Assembly: GCA_040755455.1 (NCBI GenBank)
Contig: JBFMAY010000020.1
Coordinates: forward strand, 1-64,000
Direction of reading: 5' to 3'
Length of the DNA stretch: 64,000 nucleotides
DNA from: Thermodesulfobacteriota bacterium
GTDB lineage: Bacteria > Desulfobacterota > Desulfobulbia > Desulfobulbales > SURF-16
Below are positions 41,706 to 50,773 of this stretch, piece after piece (position 1 is the first letter of the stretch; each line of letters opens with the position of its first letter). Below the pieces are notes generated by a model that saw nothing but the letters and a program-made list of their open reading frames with translations, searched no databases and was not told where the DNA came from. A program made the translations under genes and the position numbers.

Positions 41706-42374
41706 ATGACGTTTCGGGTCGGCATATTGGGGATTGACGGCAGCGGCAAGAGCACTCTTGTGGCAGGGCTTGAGCGGCGGCTTGCAATTTCCTCGAGCGT
41801 CATGAGCATCGGCCAGCGCGTCACGTTGCACCCCAAAGCGGGTGAACAGCTTGATCTCCTTGGCGCTTTGCCGGAGGCCGCCCACCCGCTGCGCCATATG
41901 CTGCGCAATATCCAGCGGCACTGGACCATGCAGCGGCTGCCCGGCCTGCTCAAACACTACCGGCCGGACATCTGTCTGGAAGACCGCGACACCGTCATCG
42001 ATATCTGCGCCCTCATCACGGCGCATCTTCCTGCCCTTCGCTATCTCACCCCCCGCCGGCGGGTGACGATATTTTTAACCCTGACCCGCCGCAGCCTGGC
42101 GGACATGTATCTCTATCTCCGCCTGCCAGCAGCGGTTGCCGATGAACGTATTCAATGGAAGCTGCAACAGACACGCCGTCTGCGCGCTTACCATGAGCGA
42201 CCGCATCTGCTTGAGCGTGTTGCCCAGGAATATCCGCGTTTCCTTGACTATTTGGGGGAAATCGGCGTGCCGTCCGTGGTTTTGGCGGCGGATCAGCCTG
42301 CTCAGGCTGTTCTCGACGCTGCCTGTTTGTCTATCCGTGCATATTATGACCGCCATTGCCGGGAAAACGGATGA
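41706..42374 (+). CDS. Thymidylate-kinase-like P-loop protein
   Basis: GIDGSGKST P-loop, EDR motif, YLRLPAAVADERI lid-like region. Confidence 0.65.
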   Translation: MTFRVGILGIDGSGKSTLVAGLERRLAISSSVMSIGQRVTLHPKAGEQLDLLGALPEAAHPLRHMLRNIQRHWTMQRLPGLLKHYRPDICLEDRDTVIDICALITAHLPALRYLTPRRRVTIFLTLTRRSLADMYLYLRLPAAVADERIQWKLQQTRRLRAYHERPHLLERVAQEYPRFLDYLGEIGVPSVVLAADQPAQAVLDAACLSIRAYYDRHCRENG

Positions 42375-42531
42375 CATGAATGAGGATATTTCTCAGCGCG
42401 CTCATTGAGTTGTGACGATGAAGATTGACCTTTTCCGTCCCGACCGCCCATCGAACGTTGTCTCATTTGATAAGGAAGGGATGAGCGGCGATAAAAAGAA
42501 AAAGGTATTTGCTATAGAGACTGTTTTTCAG

Positions 42532-43539
42532 TCAAACCAAATCGCGGATCCGTTCCTTCATCTCTTGGTAATGGAATAATCTTTCATATTCCACCATGTC
42601 GGCCAGGGCCCGGGACTGGATCTTCATCCCTGTTTCTGCGAGAATGGCGACCGGATTGAGACCGCCGATAACAACGATTCCCGTTCTTCCTTCGGTAACA
42701 GGAATTTCAAGCAAGGGCTGCCCCGGCCAGCCAACCAGTAGAAATCCGCCCAGGCCGACCACTTTGAGTTTCTCGATCAGGCCAATAACGTCCATGCGAC
42801 TGTCGGCTGGCACTTCCCTGAAGCCGACCCCGATCCGGCCATTGCCATTTTTAATCGCACCGGCATAATCCGTCATGCCGCTCCTGATGAAGATTTCGAG
42901 TGGGTCGAGGCTTGTGCCGTCATACTTGATGATTTCCACGAATCGGGAGGGTTTTCTGTTGCGCAGCTCGAGGAGCCCCCCGAAGCTCGAATGGGTGGGG
43001 ATGCCGTGGGAGAGTAAAACCCCATTCAGGGTGATTGAACAGACGGTGCCAAAACCTACCATCCCGGGAGGGATCACGAATCCGCCCACTCTTTCCCCGG
43101 GACTAAAGAGGCCCATCATGGTGCCCATTGAATAGCCAGCTTCATATACCTGGCATATTAAAGGTGCGACATCGGCAAGTATTTCCCGTTTAATGAGGCT
43201 CATATTGATGATGACCGTGCCGCTTTTCTTATAGAGATCAAAAGTCATGCGGTAGGTTAACTGGTCGATTTTTGCCTCTAGAAAACCCACCTTGTCAAAA
43301 ACTCTGGCCTTGCTTAACTCCTTATGCCCCAGAGGGGTAATGACCCGTCCTTTTTTTCCGAGATTTTCCGTCAGCCCTTTTGCATCAAGAATTTTGAAAT
43401 AGTGACGGATCGTCCGTTCGCTGGCTTCCTGGCCCATGGCCTGCAGGCTTTCCAGTATTTTGGCGCTGGACAGTGGTACTTCCGTTTTTTGCAGGATGCG
43501 TAAAATTGCCAGTTCTTTTTTTTCTGTTTTATCACTCAT
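42532..43539 (-). CDS. nrpR: NrpR-family nitrogen regulator (wHTH + one NRD)
   Basis: SERTIRHY..LD..GLT wHTH, GTVIINMS, TVCSITLNGVL, Y.GTSLDPLEIFI, GGLNPVA. Confidence 0.85.
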   Translation of the reverse strand: MSDKTEKKELAILRILQKTEVPLSSAKILESLQAMGQEASERTIRHYFKILDAKGLTENLGKKGRVITPLGHKELSKARVFDKVGFLEAKIDQLTYRMTFDLYKKSGTVIINMSLIKREILADVAPLICQVYEAGYSMGTMMGLFSPGERVGGFVIPPGMVGFGTVCSITLNGVLLSHGIPTHSSFGGLLELRNRKPSRFVEIIKYDGTSLDPLEIFIRSGMTDYAGAIKNGNGRIGVGFREVPADSRMDVIGLIEKLKVVGLGGFLLVGWPGQPLLEIPVTEGRTGIVVIGGLNPVAILAETGMKIQSRALADMVEYERLFHYQEMKERIRDLV

Positions 43540-43586
43540 GAAAAAAAACATAGTGGGTATTAGCCCTTTTTGTAAATATAAAAAAA

Positions 43587-43973
43587 GGCAAATTTGCCGA
43601 AAATATTTAGTGGAATGAAAATAATATGCAACTTTTCATGCCCGCAAGCAGGACGAAAGTAGGTAATGTTATCAGGATGTTTCTGCATCGCGCTGCATGC
43701 AAGTGTCATGTCGGCGAGCACGATATTTCGGCAAATTTGCCGTTTTTCATTATTTTTATTCATCGGTTGTTCGTCTGCAGATGCTATTAAGCCACAAATT
43801 CAACATTTTAACAGTTGAAAAAATATATTTTTAATACTATGTAACATTCATTCGGCAATTGATTGCCGGATGAATGCATGCAATTATGCCGGGTACTCCA
43901 TCGGGACATACAGCTCTGCCAGGCGAGTGAAACATCTCCTTTGGTTATGTGAAATAAATGGCAAGCAGTTGCC
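43587..43973. promoter_or_regulatory. Four GGCAA-N2/N4-TTGCC palindromes (candidate NrpR operators)
   Basis: 43587-43598, 43729-43742, 43845-43876 (32-bp palindrome), 43960-43973. Confidence 0.7.
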
Positions 43974-44098
43974 GTATTTAAGAATCGCGGGACTCATTGC
44001 CGGTTTTTCGCGTCATACGCGAGGTGCTTTTTTTAAAAATAACAGCAAACCACAGCCAATTAGTTAAGTACTTAAAAAATTTAACAAGGAAGGCGCAC

Positions 44099-45439
44099 AT
44101 GAAGAGTGTAAGTGAGTTTATGGCCGAGGTTGTTCAAAAGAATCCCGGGGAAATGGAATTTCATCAGGCAGTAAAAGAGGTGGCTGAATCAATTTTTCCT
44201 TTTTTGGAAAAAAATCCCAAATATGCAAAAGAAAAAATTTTGGAGAGAATGATTATTCCGGAAAGGGTGATAATCTTCAGAGTTCCGTGGCTTGACGATA
44301 AACAGGAAATTCAAATCAACACAGGCTACCGTATTGAAATGAGCAGCGCCATAGGTCCTTACAAGGGCGGATTGCGTTTTCATCCCAGCGTTAATCTCGG
44401 CATCCTGAAGTTTCTTGCCTTTGAGCAGGTATTTAAAAACAGCCTGACGACCCTCCCCTTGGGCGGCGGCAAAGGTGGCTCTGATTTTGACCCCAAGGGA
44501 AAATCAGACAAGGAAGTCATGAAGTTCTGTCAGAGTTTTATGACTGAACTTTTCAGACACATCGGCGAGAACACCGACGTGCCAGCCGGGGATATCGGCG
44601 TGGGGTCACGGGAGATCGGTTACCTCTTCGGCCAGTATAAGAGGCTTAAAAACGAGTTTACCGGCGTGCTTACCGGCAAGGGTATTAACTGGGGCGGCAG
44701 TTTGATCCGCCCTGAGGCCACCGGCTACGGCTGTGTTTATTTCGTGCAGGAAATGCTGAAGACCAGAGGTCAATCAATAACAGGCAAGGTTTGCACCATA
44801 TCCGGTTCCGGCAACGTGGCCCAGTATACGGCCGAAAAATTACTTGAACTGGGGGCAAAGGTTGTCACTTTGTCCGATTCCAACGGCTATATCTATAAAG
44901 AAGACGGATTAACCGAAAAGGACTTGCAGTACGTGTTTGAGCTTAAAAACGTGAAACGCGGCCGCATAAAAGAATGCGCCAAGAAGTTTAAGAAGTGCAA
45001 ATACTTTGAGGGCAAAAGGCCGTGGGAGATTCCCTGTGATATCGCCTTTCCCAGCGCCACCCAGAACGAAATTGACGAAAATGACGCCAAAACACTGGTC
45101 AAAAACGGTTGTTTCGTCATTGGCGAAGGGGCAAATATGCCGACAGTTCCCGAGGCCGTTAAGGTGTTCCAGGCGGCAAAGATCCTTTACGCACCAGGGA
45201 AAGCTGCCAATGCTGGCGGTGTATCGACTTCCGGTCTCGAGATGAGCCAGAACAGCATCAGGACCGCCTGGACCCGTGAGGAAGTCGACAATAAACTCCG
45301 CAAGATCAAGATAAGAATTCATGATTGTTGCGTGCAGTATGGCAAGCAGGAAGATGGCTACATCAATTACGTAGACGGTGCCAATATTGCCGGTTTTGTG
45401 AAAGTGGCGGACGCCATGTTGGATCAGGGGGTGGTTTGA
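44099..45439 (+). CDS. gdhA: NADP-specific glutamate dehydrogenase
   Basis: GPYKGGLRFHPSVN, GGGKGGSDFDPK, DVPAGDIGVG, RPEATGYG, SGSGNVAQ. Confidence 0.96.
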   Translation: MKSVSEFMAEVVQKNPGEMEFHQAVKEVAESIFPFLEKNPKYAKEKILERMIIPERVIIFRVPWLDDKQEIQINTGYRIEMSSAIGPYKGGLRFHPSVNLGILKFLAFEQVFKNSLTTLPLGGGKGGSDFDPKGKSDKEVMKFCQSFMTELFRHIGENTDVPAGDIGVGSREIGYLFGQYKRLKNEFTGVLTGKGINWGGSLIRPEATGYGCVYFVQEMLKTRGQSITGKVCTISGSGNVAQYTAEKLLELGAKVVTLSDSNGYIYKEDGLTEKDLQYVFELKNVKRGRIKECAKKFKKCKYFEGKRPWEIPCDIAFPSATQNEIDENDAKTLVKNGCFVIGEGANMPTVPEAVKVFQAAKILYAPGKAANAGGVSTSGLEMSQNSIRTAWTREEVDNKLRKIKIRIHDCCVQYGKQEDGYINYVDGANIAGFVKVADAMLDQGVV

Positions 45440-45467
45440 TCTTCCCTGCCGCAGATGGGAGATAATG

Positions 45468-45510
45468 ATGATCACCCTGCCTTTTTCGTGGCCGGGTGAT
45501 CATTTTTTTT
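45468..45510 (+). terminator. Intrinsic terminator after gdhA
   Basis: ATGATCACCC ... GGGTGATCAT followed by a T run. Confidence 0.7.
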
Positions 45511-45580
45511 GTTATATTGTCTGCGGTTACTGCAGGCAATCTTGCTGTATGAACATTCATTGAAGAACCCGATTGCAGTC

Positions 45581-48196
45581 ATGGCAAAAGCAAAAGCAAA
45601 ACCATTGTTCAGTTCCGGGATTGAGTCGCTTGATGAGACCCTGCAGGGGATACTTGCCGGCGACAATGTGGTCTGGCAGGTTGATGATATACGTGATCAG
45701 ATTCCCTTTGTCCATGCTTTCTGCAGATGTGCTTATCTTGACGCCAAGAAATTGGTTTATTTTCGTTTCGCCCAGCATCAGGCGCTGGTGCCCGATGAAT
45801 TTCATGCCGACGTTCATACGCTGGAGCCACGGGCAGGATTTGAGCAGTTCATCACCAAGATCATGAACGTGATCAATGAATACGGCAAGGGGGCATGCTA
45901 TGTATTTGACTGTCTGTCAGAGCTTGCTGTGGACTGGTACAATGACGGAATGCTGGGAAATTTTTTCAAACTGGCCTGCCCCTATCTCTACATTTCCGAT
46001 ACGGTGGCCTACTTCGCATTAATGCGAAATTCACATACGCCTCTTTCCATAAATGCCATCCATCGCACAGCCCAGGTGGTTCTCGACCTCTATTGCAGCA
46101 ACGGACGTTATTATATTTTGCCTTTGAAAGTGCTCGGGCGGCTTACCCCCACCCTGTACATGCTTCATGAAATGGATGGGCAGACTTTCAAGCCGGTAAC
46201 CAGCAGCATTGTTGTTTCAGAAATCCTGTCCACCACGCCACAACCTTGGATTGACTGCAAAATAGTTCTCAAGGATACCTGGTCAAGAACCTTGAGCGAG
46301 GCGCAGACTGTCTGCTCGGCGCACGGGGAAAGGGGTTCGGTCAAAAGAAACAAGGCCTTTGTGAAAAAGCTGATCAAAATGATCATCACCCGTAATGAGA
46401 AACTCGCCAAGCTGTGCGAAAAATATTTTGATCTTGCCGATCTTGTCTCCATCGGTAAACGAATGGTGGGGACCGGTCTGATAGGGGGAAAGTCCACCGG
46501 CATGCTGTTGGCCCGTTCGATTTTGACGAAAACGGATGAAAAATGGCAGGAGCGTTTGGAGATCCACGATTCATTTTTCATCGGCTCAGATGTTTTTTAT
46601 TCCTTTGTCATAAACAACAAATGCTGGTGGGAACGGCACCAGATGAAGTCAGCGTCCGACCCCTTTGCGGCGGCGGAAAAGATCAGGCAAAAATTGCTGA
46701 AAGGCAAATTCCAACGGGATACCCTGAATCAGTTCAGGGAAATTCTGAATTATTTCGGACAATCACCAATAATCGTCCGCTCCAGCAGTCTTTTGGAAGA
46801 TGCCTACGGCAATGCATTTTCAGGGAAATATGAAAGCGTTTTTTGCGCAAATCAAGGTCCGCCGGAGGAACGGCTGAAAAAATTCAAAGAAGCGGTGCGC
46901 ATCGTCTATGCAAGCACGATGCGCCGGGAAGTTTTGTCATACCGGGCGCATCGGGGATTATGGAACCGGTATGAGGAGATGGCTCTGCTCGTGCAGCGGG
47001 TATCCGGCGCCTTTTATGGCAGCAGCTACCTGCCCCAGCTTGCCGGGGTGGGATACTCCTTCAATCCTTTTGTGTGGAATGCGGATATTGATCCCCATGC
47101 GGGGGTGTTACGCCTGGTATTTGGGCTTGGTACACGTGCTGTGGACCGGCACGATGATGATTACACCCGCATCGTGGCTCTTAACGCTCCCTTGAAACGT
47201 CCGGAGGTCACTGCGGATGAGGTGCATAAATATAGCCAGCATATTGTCGATATCATTGATCTTAAAAGCAACAAGCAGGTGAGCGCGGATTTTGAGGATG
47301 TGGTGAAAGCAACACCTGGCATGCCACTGGAGCTTTTTGCCATTCGCGACAGTGAAATGGAAAGTCGTGCGGAAAAATATGGCATGAAAAACGTTTTTTC
47401 CTGGATGTTGACTTTTAAGAATGTCTTTGACAACACCACGTTGATCGATGAGATGCGGGATATGCTGAGCGCTTTGGCCAGGGCGTATGATTATCCTGTC
47501 GATATCGAGTTTGCCGTAAATTTTTCCAATAATGATCACTACCGGATCAACCTTCTTCAGTGCCGGCCGTTTCAGGTCCAGATGTCCATAGACGCTGCCA
47601 AATTACCTAAGGATATAAAGAAGAAGGACATTTTTCTCGAGACGGCTGGACCGATCATAGGAGAAGCGGCAGCCAAGAGAATCGACAGAATCATTTACAT
47701 TAAACCGCCACAATACAATGCCCTGACAACCTCGGAACGTTATTCGGTGGCGCGACTGATCGGTGATATAACCAATGGGTTGCCCGGCCACAAGAATACC
47801 ATGCTTATCGGACCGGGGCGCTGGGGCAGCAAAATGCCTGAGCTGGGGGTGCCGGTGACCTTCAGTGATGTCAGAAATGTGGCAGTGCTTTGCGAACTTG
47901 TCACCATGCATGAAAAATTGACCCCGGACATCTCCCTGGGCACCCATTTCTTTAATGACATTGTTGAAATGGGGATTGTGTACCTGGGGCTCTATCTCAA
48001 TCCCGCAAGGCAGGGGTATTTTTTCAACGAAGCATTGATCCTGGCGAAACCCAATGCCCTGTCCAGGGTCTATCAAAAAGAAAACAGGATCGCTGAGGCG
48101 ATACACCTCGTAGAAATTGCACCAGGTTCGCTGGACATATTTATTCACACCAACACGATGGATCAGAAAGGGATTGTTTTCCAGGTAGGTGAATAG
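45581..48196 (+). CDS. PEP-synthase/PPDK N-terminal (ATP-grasp) domain protein with a degenerate RecA/KaiC-like N-terminus
   Basis: IGGKS, VRSSSLLED...FSGKYES, MALLVQ, GLGTRAV, DIEFA, LLQCRP; C-terminal GPGRWGS and GTHFF; N-terminal SSGIESLDETLQG. Confidence 0.8.
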   Translation: MAKAKAKPLFSSGIESLDETLQGILAGDNVVWQVDDIRDQIPFVHAFCRCAYLDAKKLVYFRFAQHQALVPDEFHADVHTLEPRAGFEQFITKIMNVINEYGKGACYVFDCLSELAVDWYNDGMLGNFFKLACPYLYISDTVAYFALMRNSHTPLSINAIHRTAQVVLDLYCSNGRYYILPLKVLGRLTPTLYMLHEMDGQTFKPVTSSIVVSEILSTTPQPWIDCKIVLKDTWSRTLSEAQTVCSAHGERGSVKRNKAFVKKLIKMIITRNEKLAKLCEKYFDLADLVSIGKRMVGTGLIGGKSTGMLLARSILTKTDEKWQERLEIHDSFFIGSDVFYSFVINNKCWWERHQMKSASDPFAAAEKIRQKLLKGKFQRDTLNQFREILNYFGQSPIIVRSSSLLEDAYGNAFSGKYESVFCANQGPPEERLKKFKEAVRIVYASTMRREVLSYRAHRGLWNRYEEMALLVQRVSGAFYGSSYLPQLAGVGYSFNPFVWNADIDPHAGVLRLVFGLGTRAVDRHDDDYTRIVALNAPLKRPEVTADEVHKYSQHIVDIIDLKSNKQVSADFEDVVKATPGMPLELFAIRDSEMESRAEKYGMKNVFSWMLTFKNVFDNTTLIDEMRDMLSALARAYDYPVDIEFAVNFSNNDHYRINLLQCRPFQVQMSIDAAKLPKDIKKKDIFLETAGPIIGEAAAKRIDRIIYIKPPQYNALTTSERYSVARLIGDITNGLPGHKNTMLIGPGRWGSKMPELGVPVTFSDVRNVAVLCELVTMHEKLTPDISLGTHFFNDIVEMGIVYLGLYLNPARQGYFFNEALILAKPNALSRVYQKENRIAEAIHLVEIAPGSLDIFIHTNTMDQKGIVFQVGE

Positions 48197-48202
48197 ACAT
48201 CA

Positions 48203-48925
48203 TTATGAGGGGCAGCTGGATGCGCCGCACTGGGCGGTGTCGAGCCAGGCGCCGATCTCGCCCAGGGCGGTGGACGCCAGGAGATAGGCAATGTTGCCCG
48301 AGCCGGCAAGCTTGCGGGTCATCTGCAGGAGGTGGTATGGGCTTTGGCCCGCCGCGCTTTGCCCGGCAAGATGGGCAACGTATCCCCACATATGGTCAAG
48401 ACCGTTCCGCAGCCGCCCTGGCGGGGGAGCAAGACGCAGGGTGCGGACCAGAATCCTGGCCAGGGATCTGAAGCGGAGCTGGTCATCAGCGGCGGCCAGC
48501 CAGGGGCCGATGCGCCTGTAAAGCTGCGGGTCACGGGCAAGGACGGAGTATTTATGCTGGGCCCACAGCTGCCGGGCCGAGGAGGGCAGGGGGATGCGGC
48601 CCGGTTCTTTAGCTCGATACTTCTGTTGCAGGATGGCAAACTGGGCGTGGGGCGGGTCGATAAAGGTCTTCGGCCATGTCGTTTCGCCAGTGATAACCGG
48701 CAGGGGGCTGTGATGGTTGTACCCTCTTAGCTGCATTTCCTCGACCAGCAGGTCGTGCCGTTTGCCGAGGGCGGCGAGATGGCCGCGCCAGCGCCTGGTT
48801 TCCGGATGGGCTGCATAGCCCTTTCTGTTTTCGCTGAGCACCACGAACATGCCGTGCAGTTCTCGATGCTCGCCGAGCAGGCTCTGCCGGTTCAGATAGC
48901 CAGGGTCAATGTCCCAGATACGCAT
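48203..48925 (-). CDS. Pyrimidine-dimer DNA glycosylase (DenV-like) fused to a DUF1722-like domain
   Basis: MRIW...LLGEHRELH resembles T4 endonuclease V LMAEYREL; EMQLRGY; C-terminal WAQHKYSVLA and NGLDHMWGY. Confidence 0.75.
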   Translation of the reverse strand: MRIWDIDPGYLNRQSLLGEHRELHGMFVVLSENRKGYAAHPETRRWRGHLAALGKRHDLLVEEMQLRGYNHHSPLPVITGETTWPKTFIDPPHAQFAILQQKYRAKEPGRIPLPSSARQLWAQHKYSVLARDPQLYRRIGPWLAAADDQLRFRSLARILVRTLRLAPPPGRLRNGLDHMWGYVAHLAGQSAAGQSPYHLLQMTRKLAGSGNIAYLLASTALGEIGAWLDTAQCGASSCPS

Positions 48926-48937
48926 GGCCGCTGCCTG

Positions 48938-49834
48938 TCAGGAGCTGATCGCGGCCGTAAGGGCGCCTGCGACCAGGGGATAGGCGAACCGGTAGCCGGT
49001 GTGGATTGCCTTGTCCGGCATGACCCGTTGCGAGCCGAGCACGACGGTGGCAAATTCGCCGAGGGCGGCCTTGAGCAAGCAGCCGGGAACCGGCAGGATG
49101 GCCGGCCGGTGCAGCACAGCTGCCAGGGCTGCGGTGAATTCCCTGTTGGTCACCGGATTGGGGGCCACGCAGTTTAATGGACCGCGCACCTCGGTGTTCC
49201 GTGCCGCATGGAGCAGGAGGCCGATCAGGTCGTCAATATGTAGCCAGGACATATACTGCCTGCCATTGCCCAGCCAGCCGCCAAGTCCCAGTTTGAAAGG
49301 GGTGAGCATCTTGGCCAGCACTCCGCCGTTGTGGCCTAGGACAACGCCGATGCGCGCCGTAACAACGCGGATCCCCAGCTCTTCCGCGTGCATGGCTTCC
49401 TCTTCCCAGCGCCGGCAGACCGTGGCCAGAAAATCGCTGCCTGGCAGGGAAGATTCCGTCAGCACCTCATCCCTCCGTGACCCGTAATAGCCGATGGCCG
49501 AGGAGCATATGAGGGTATGGGGCCGCTGATCAAGCCGGGCAAGGGCGCGCACCAGGGTTCTCGTTCCGTCAACCCTGCTGCCCATGATCCGGTCCTTTTT
49601 GGCGCTGTCCCAGCGGCCGGCAAATACCGGTTCGCCGGCCAGATGAAAAACCGTGTCAACCCCGGCAAAGACAGCAGGATCTATTTCTCCCGCCGGGTCC
49701 CACTTGCGTGCTTCAACCCCTTTGAGCGTTTTGCTGATGCGGTCCGGATTGCGTCCCAGGATCACCGGGCTGTCCAGCCTGTCGACAAGGTGGGTCCCGA
49801 TAAAACCTGTTCCCCCGGTTATGAGACTTTTCAT
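48938..49834 (-). CDS. TIGR01777-family NAD-dependent epimerase-like oxidoreductase
   Basis: ITGGTGFIG, HLAGE, SAIGYYG, FLATVC..WE, GRQYMSWLHIDD, GSQRVMP. Confidence 0.92.
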   Translation of the reverse strand: MKSLITGGTGFIGTHLVDRLDSPVILGRNPDRISKTLKGVEARKWDPAGEIDPAVFAGVDTVFHLAGEPVFAGRWDSAKKDRIMGSRVDGTRTLVRALARLDQRPHTLICSSAIGYYGSRRDEVLTESSLPGSDFLATVCRRWEEEAMHAEELGIRVVTARIGVVLGHNGGVLAKMLTPFKLGLGGWLGNGRQYMSWLHIDDLIGLLLHAARNTEVRGPLNCVAPNPVTNREFTAALAAVLHRPAILPVPGCLLKAALGEFATVVLGSQRVMPDKAIHTGYRFAYPLVAGALTAAISS

Positions 49835-49897
49835 GCTGTTCTCCCCCGTATGGTTCTCGATAATTGCGCCGTAATTGGCAGAGGACAATATCCGTTT

Positions 49898-50281
49898 CTA
49901 CTCACCTGCGCCGATCAGCGGCAATTCTTTGTCAATGGCAAAATATACCACATAACGTTTGCGCATGGCATCCGCATCGTTTACTTCCTTGCAGCGCCTG
50001 CACAGTTGCCGGACTAGTTCGTCATTTTCCTCTTCCGCTGTTTTTGTCAGATGGAAACGTCTGCCATGGTAGCCATTGCCTGCTTCCATGAAGAGAAAAG
50101 AGGCGCGGGGGTTGGTTTGCAGGTTTTCGTGGCTTTTGTTGTCGCCCATGATGAAAATCATTCTCCCGTCCTCGGTCATATGGGGTCTGGAGAAGATGGC
50201 GGTATTGACCTCACCGGTGCCGCTTGCGGTGGCAAAGACTCCGGTTCCCTTTGCGTCAGTGAAATATTTTTCAAGGTTCAT
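49898..50281 (-). CDS. Pyridoxamine 5'-phosphate oxidase-family (split-barrel flavin-binding) protein
   Basis: GVFATAS..GEVN.A..SRP, NLQTNPRA; AGGAGA RBS. Confidence 0.8.
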   Translation of the reverse strand: MNLEKYFTDAKGTGVFATASGTGEVNTAIFSRPHMTEDGRMIFIMGDNKSHENLQTNPRASFLFMEAGNGYHGRRFHLTKTAEEENDELVRQLCRRCKEVNDADAMRKRYVVYFAIDKELPLIGAGE

Positions 50282-50341
50282 GATTTTTCTCCTTGGTTGA
50301 GTTCTTTTTTCCGGAATGGATAATCATCCGGTCTTATCTAT

Positions 50342-50396
50342 AAGCTAGGGAGTTGTCTTTGTTTTGTCAATGTATTGTATAAATTTTGTATTGATT
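50342..50396 (-). promoter_or_regulatory. Sigma70 promoter overlapped by four 11-bp direct repeats (CarH-type operator)
   Basis: Minus strand TTGACA (50370-50365)-N17-TAGCTT (50347-50342); repeats AATCAATACAA, AATTTATACAA, TACATTGACAA, AACAAAGACAA. Confidence 0.8.
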
Positions 50397-50439
50397 ATTG
50401 GCCGCGGCATGTTTATTCTCTTAAATAAATGGGATTGCA

Positions 50440-50688
50440 GGGCGTTTTTATCCCCAGGGCATGATGCGCGGCTTGTCCGGCGTATTTCCCGTCAGTGGGG
50501 CCCCCTGTCGGTTTCTCGGCAATGAGGAAGGTTTGCTCGTTGTTGATCTGAACCACCCGCTGAGCCGTTATGCCCTTCAGCTGACGGTCCATGTCCGCAA
50601 GGTGGAAGCAGCGAGGGTGGAGCGGGGAGGCCCGCACGCCGAGCTGCCCTGCAGTGATCCGGTGTTTCTGGTGTGGGGCAGGAGATGA
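50440..50688 (+). pseudogene. Gene fragment with SlyD/FKBP-like DLNHPL motif
   Basis: Reads GRFYPQGMMRG...VDLNHPL...ERGG; in-frame stop at 50422 just upstream and no RBS seen. Confidence 0.5.
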
Positions 50689-50773
50689 TGAAAGGACGCG
50701 GGCCAGCACCAGCCGCCTTGCCGGGTTCTCTGGGCAAAGGCGAGTGATTACGGACTGTTGTGGAGATTGTCCC

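Noticed and set aside
43959..43973. TGGCAAGCAGTTGC as a sigma54 promoter for gdhA
   Set aside because: GG-to-GC spacing is 9 nt, not the required 10; better explained as one of the palindromic operators.
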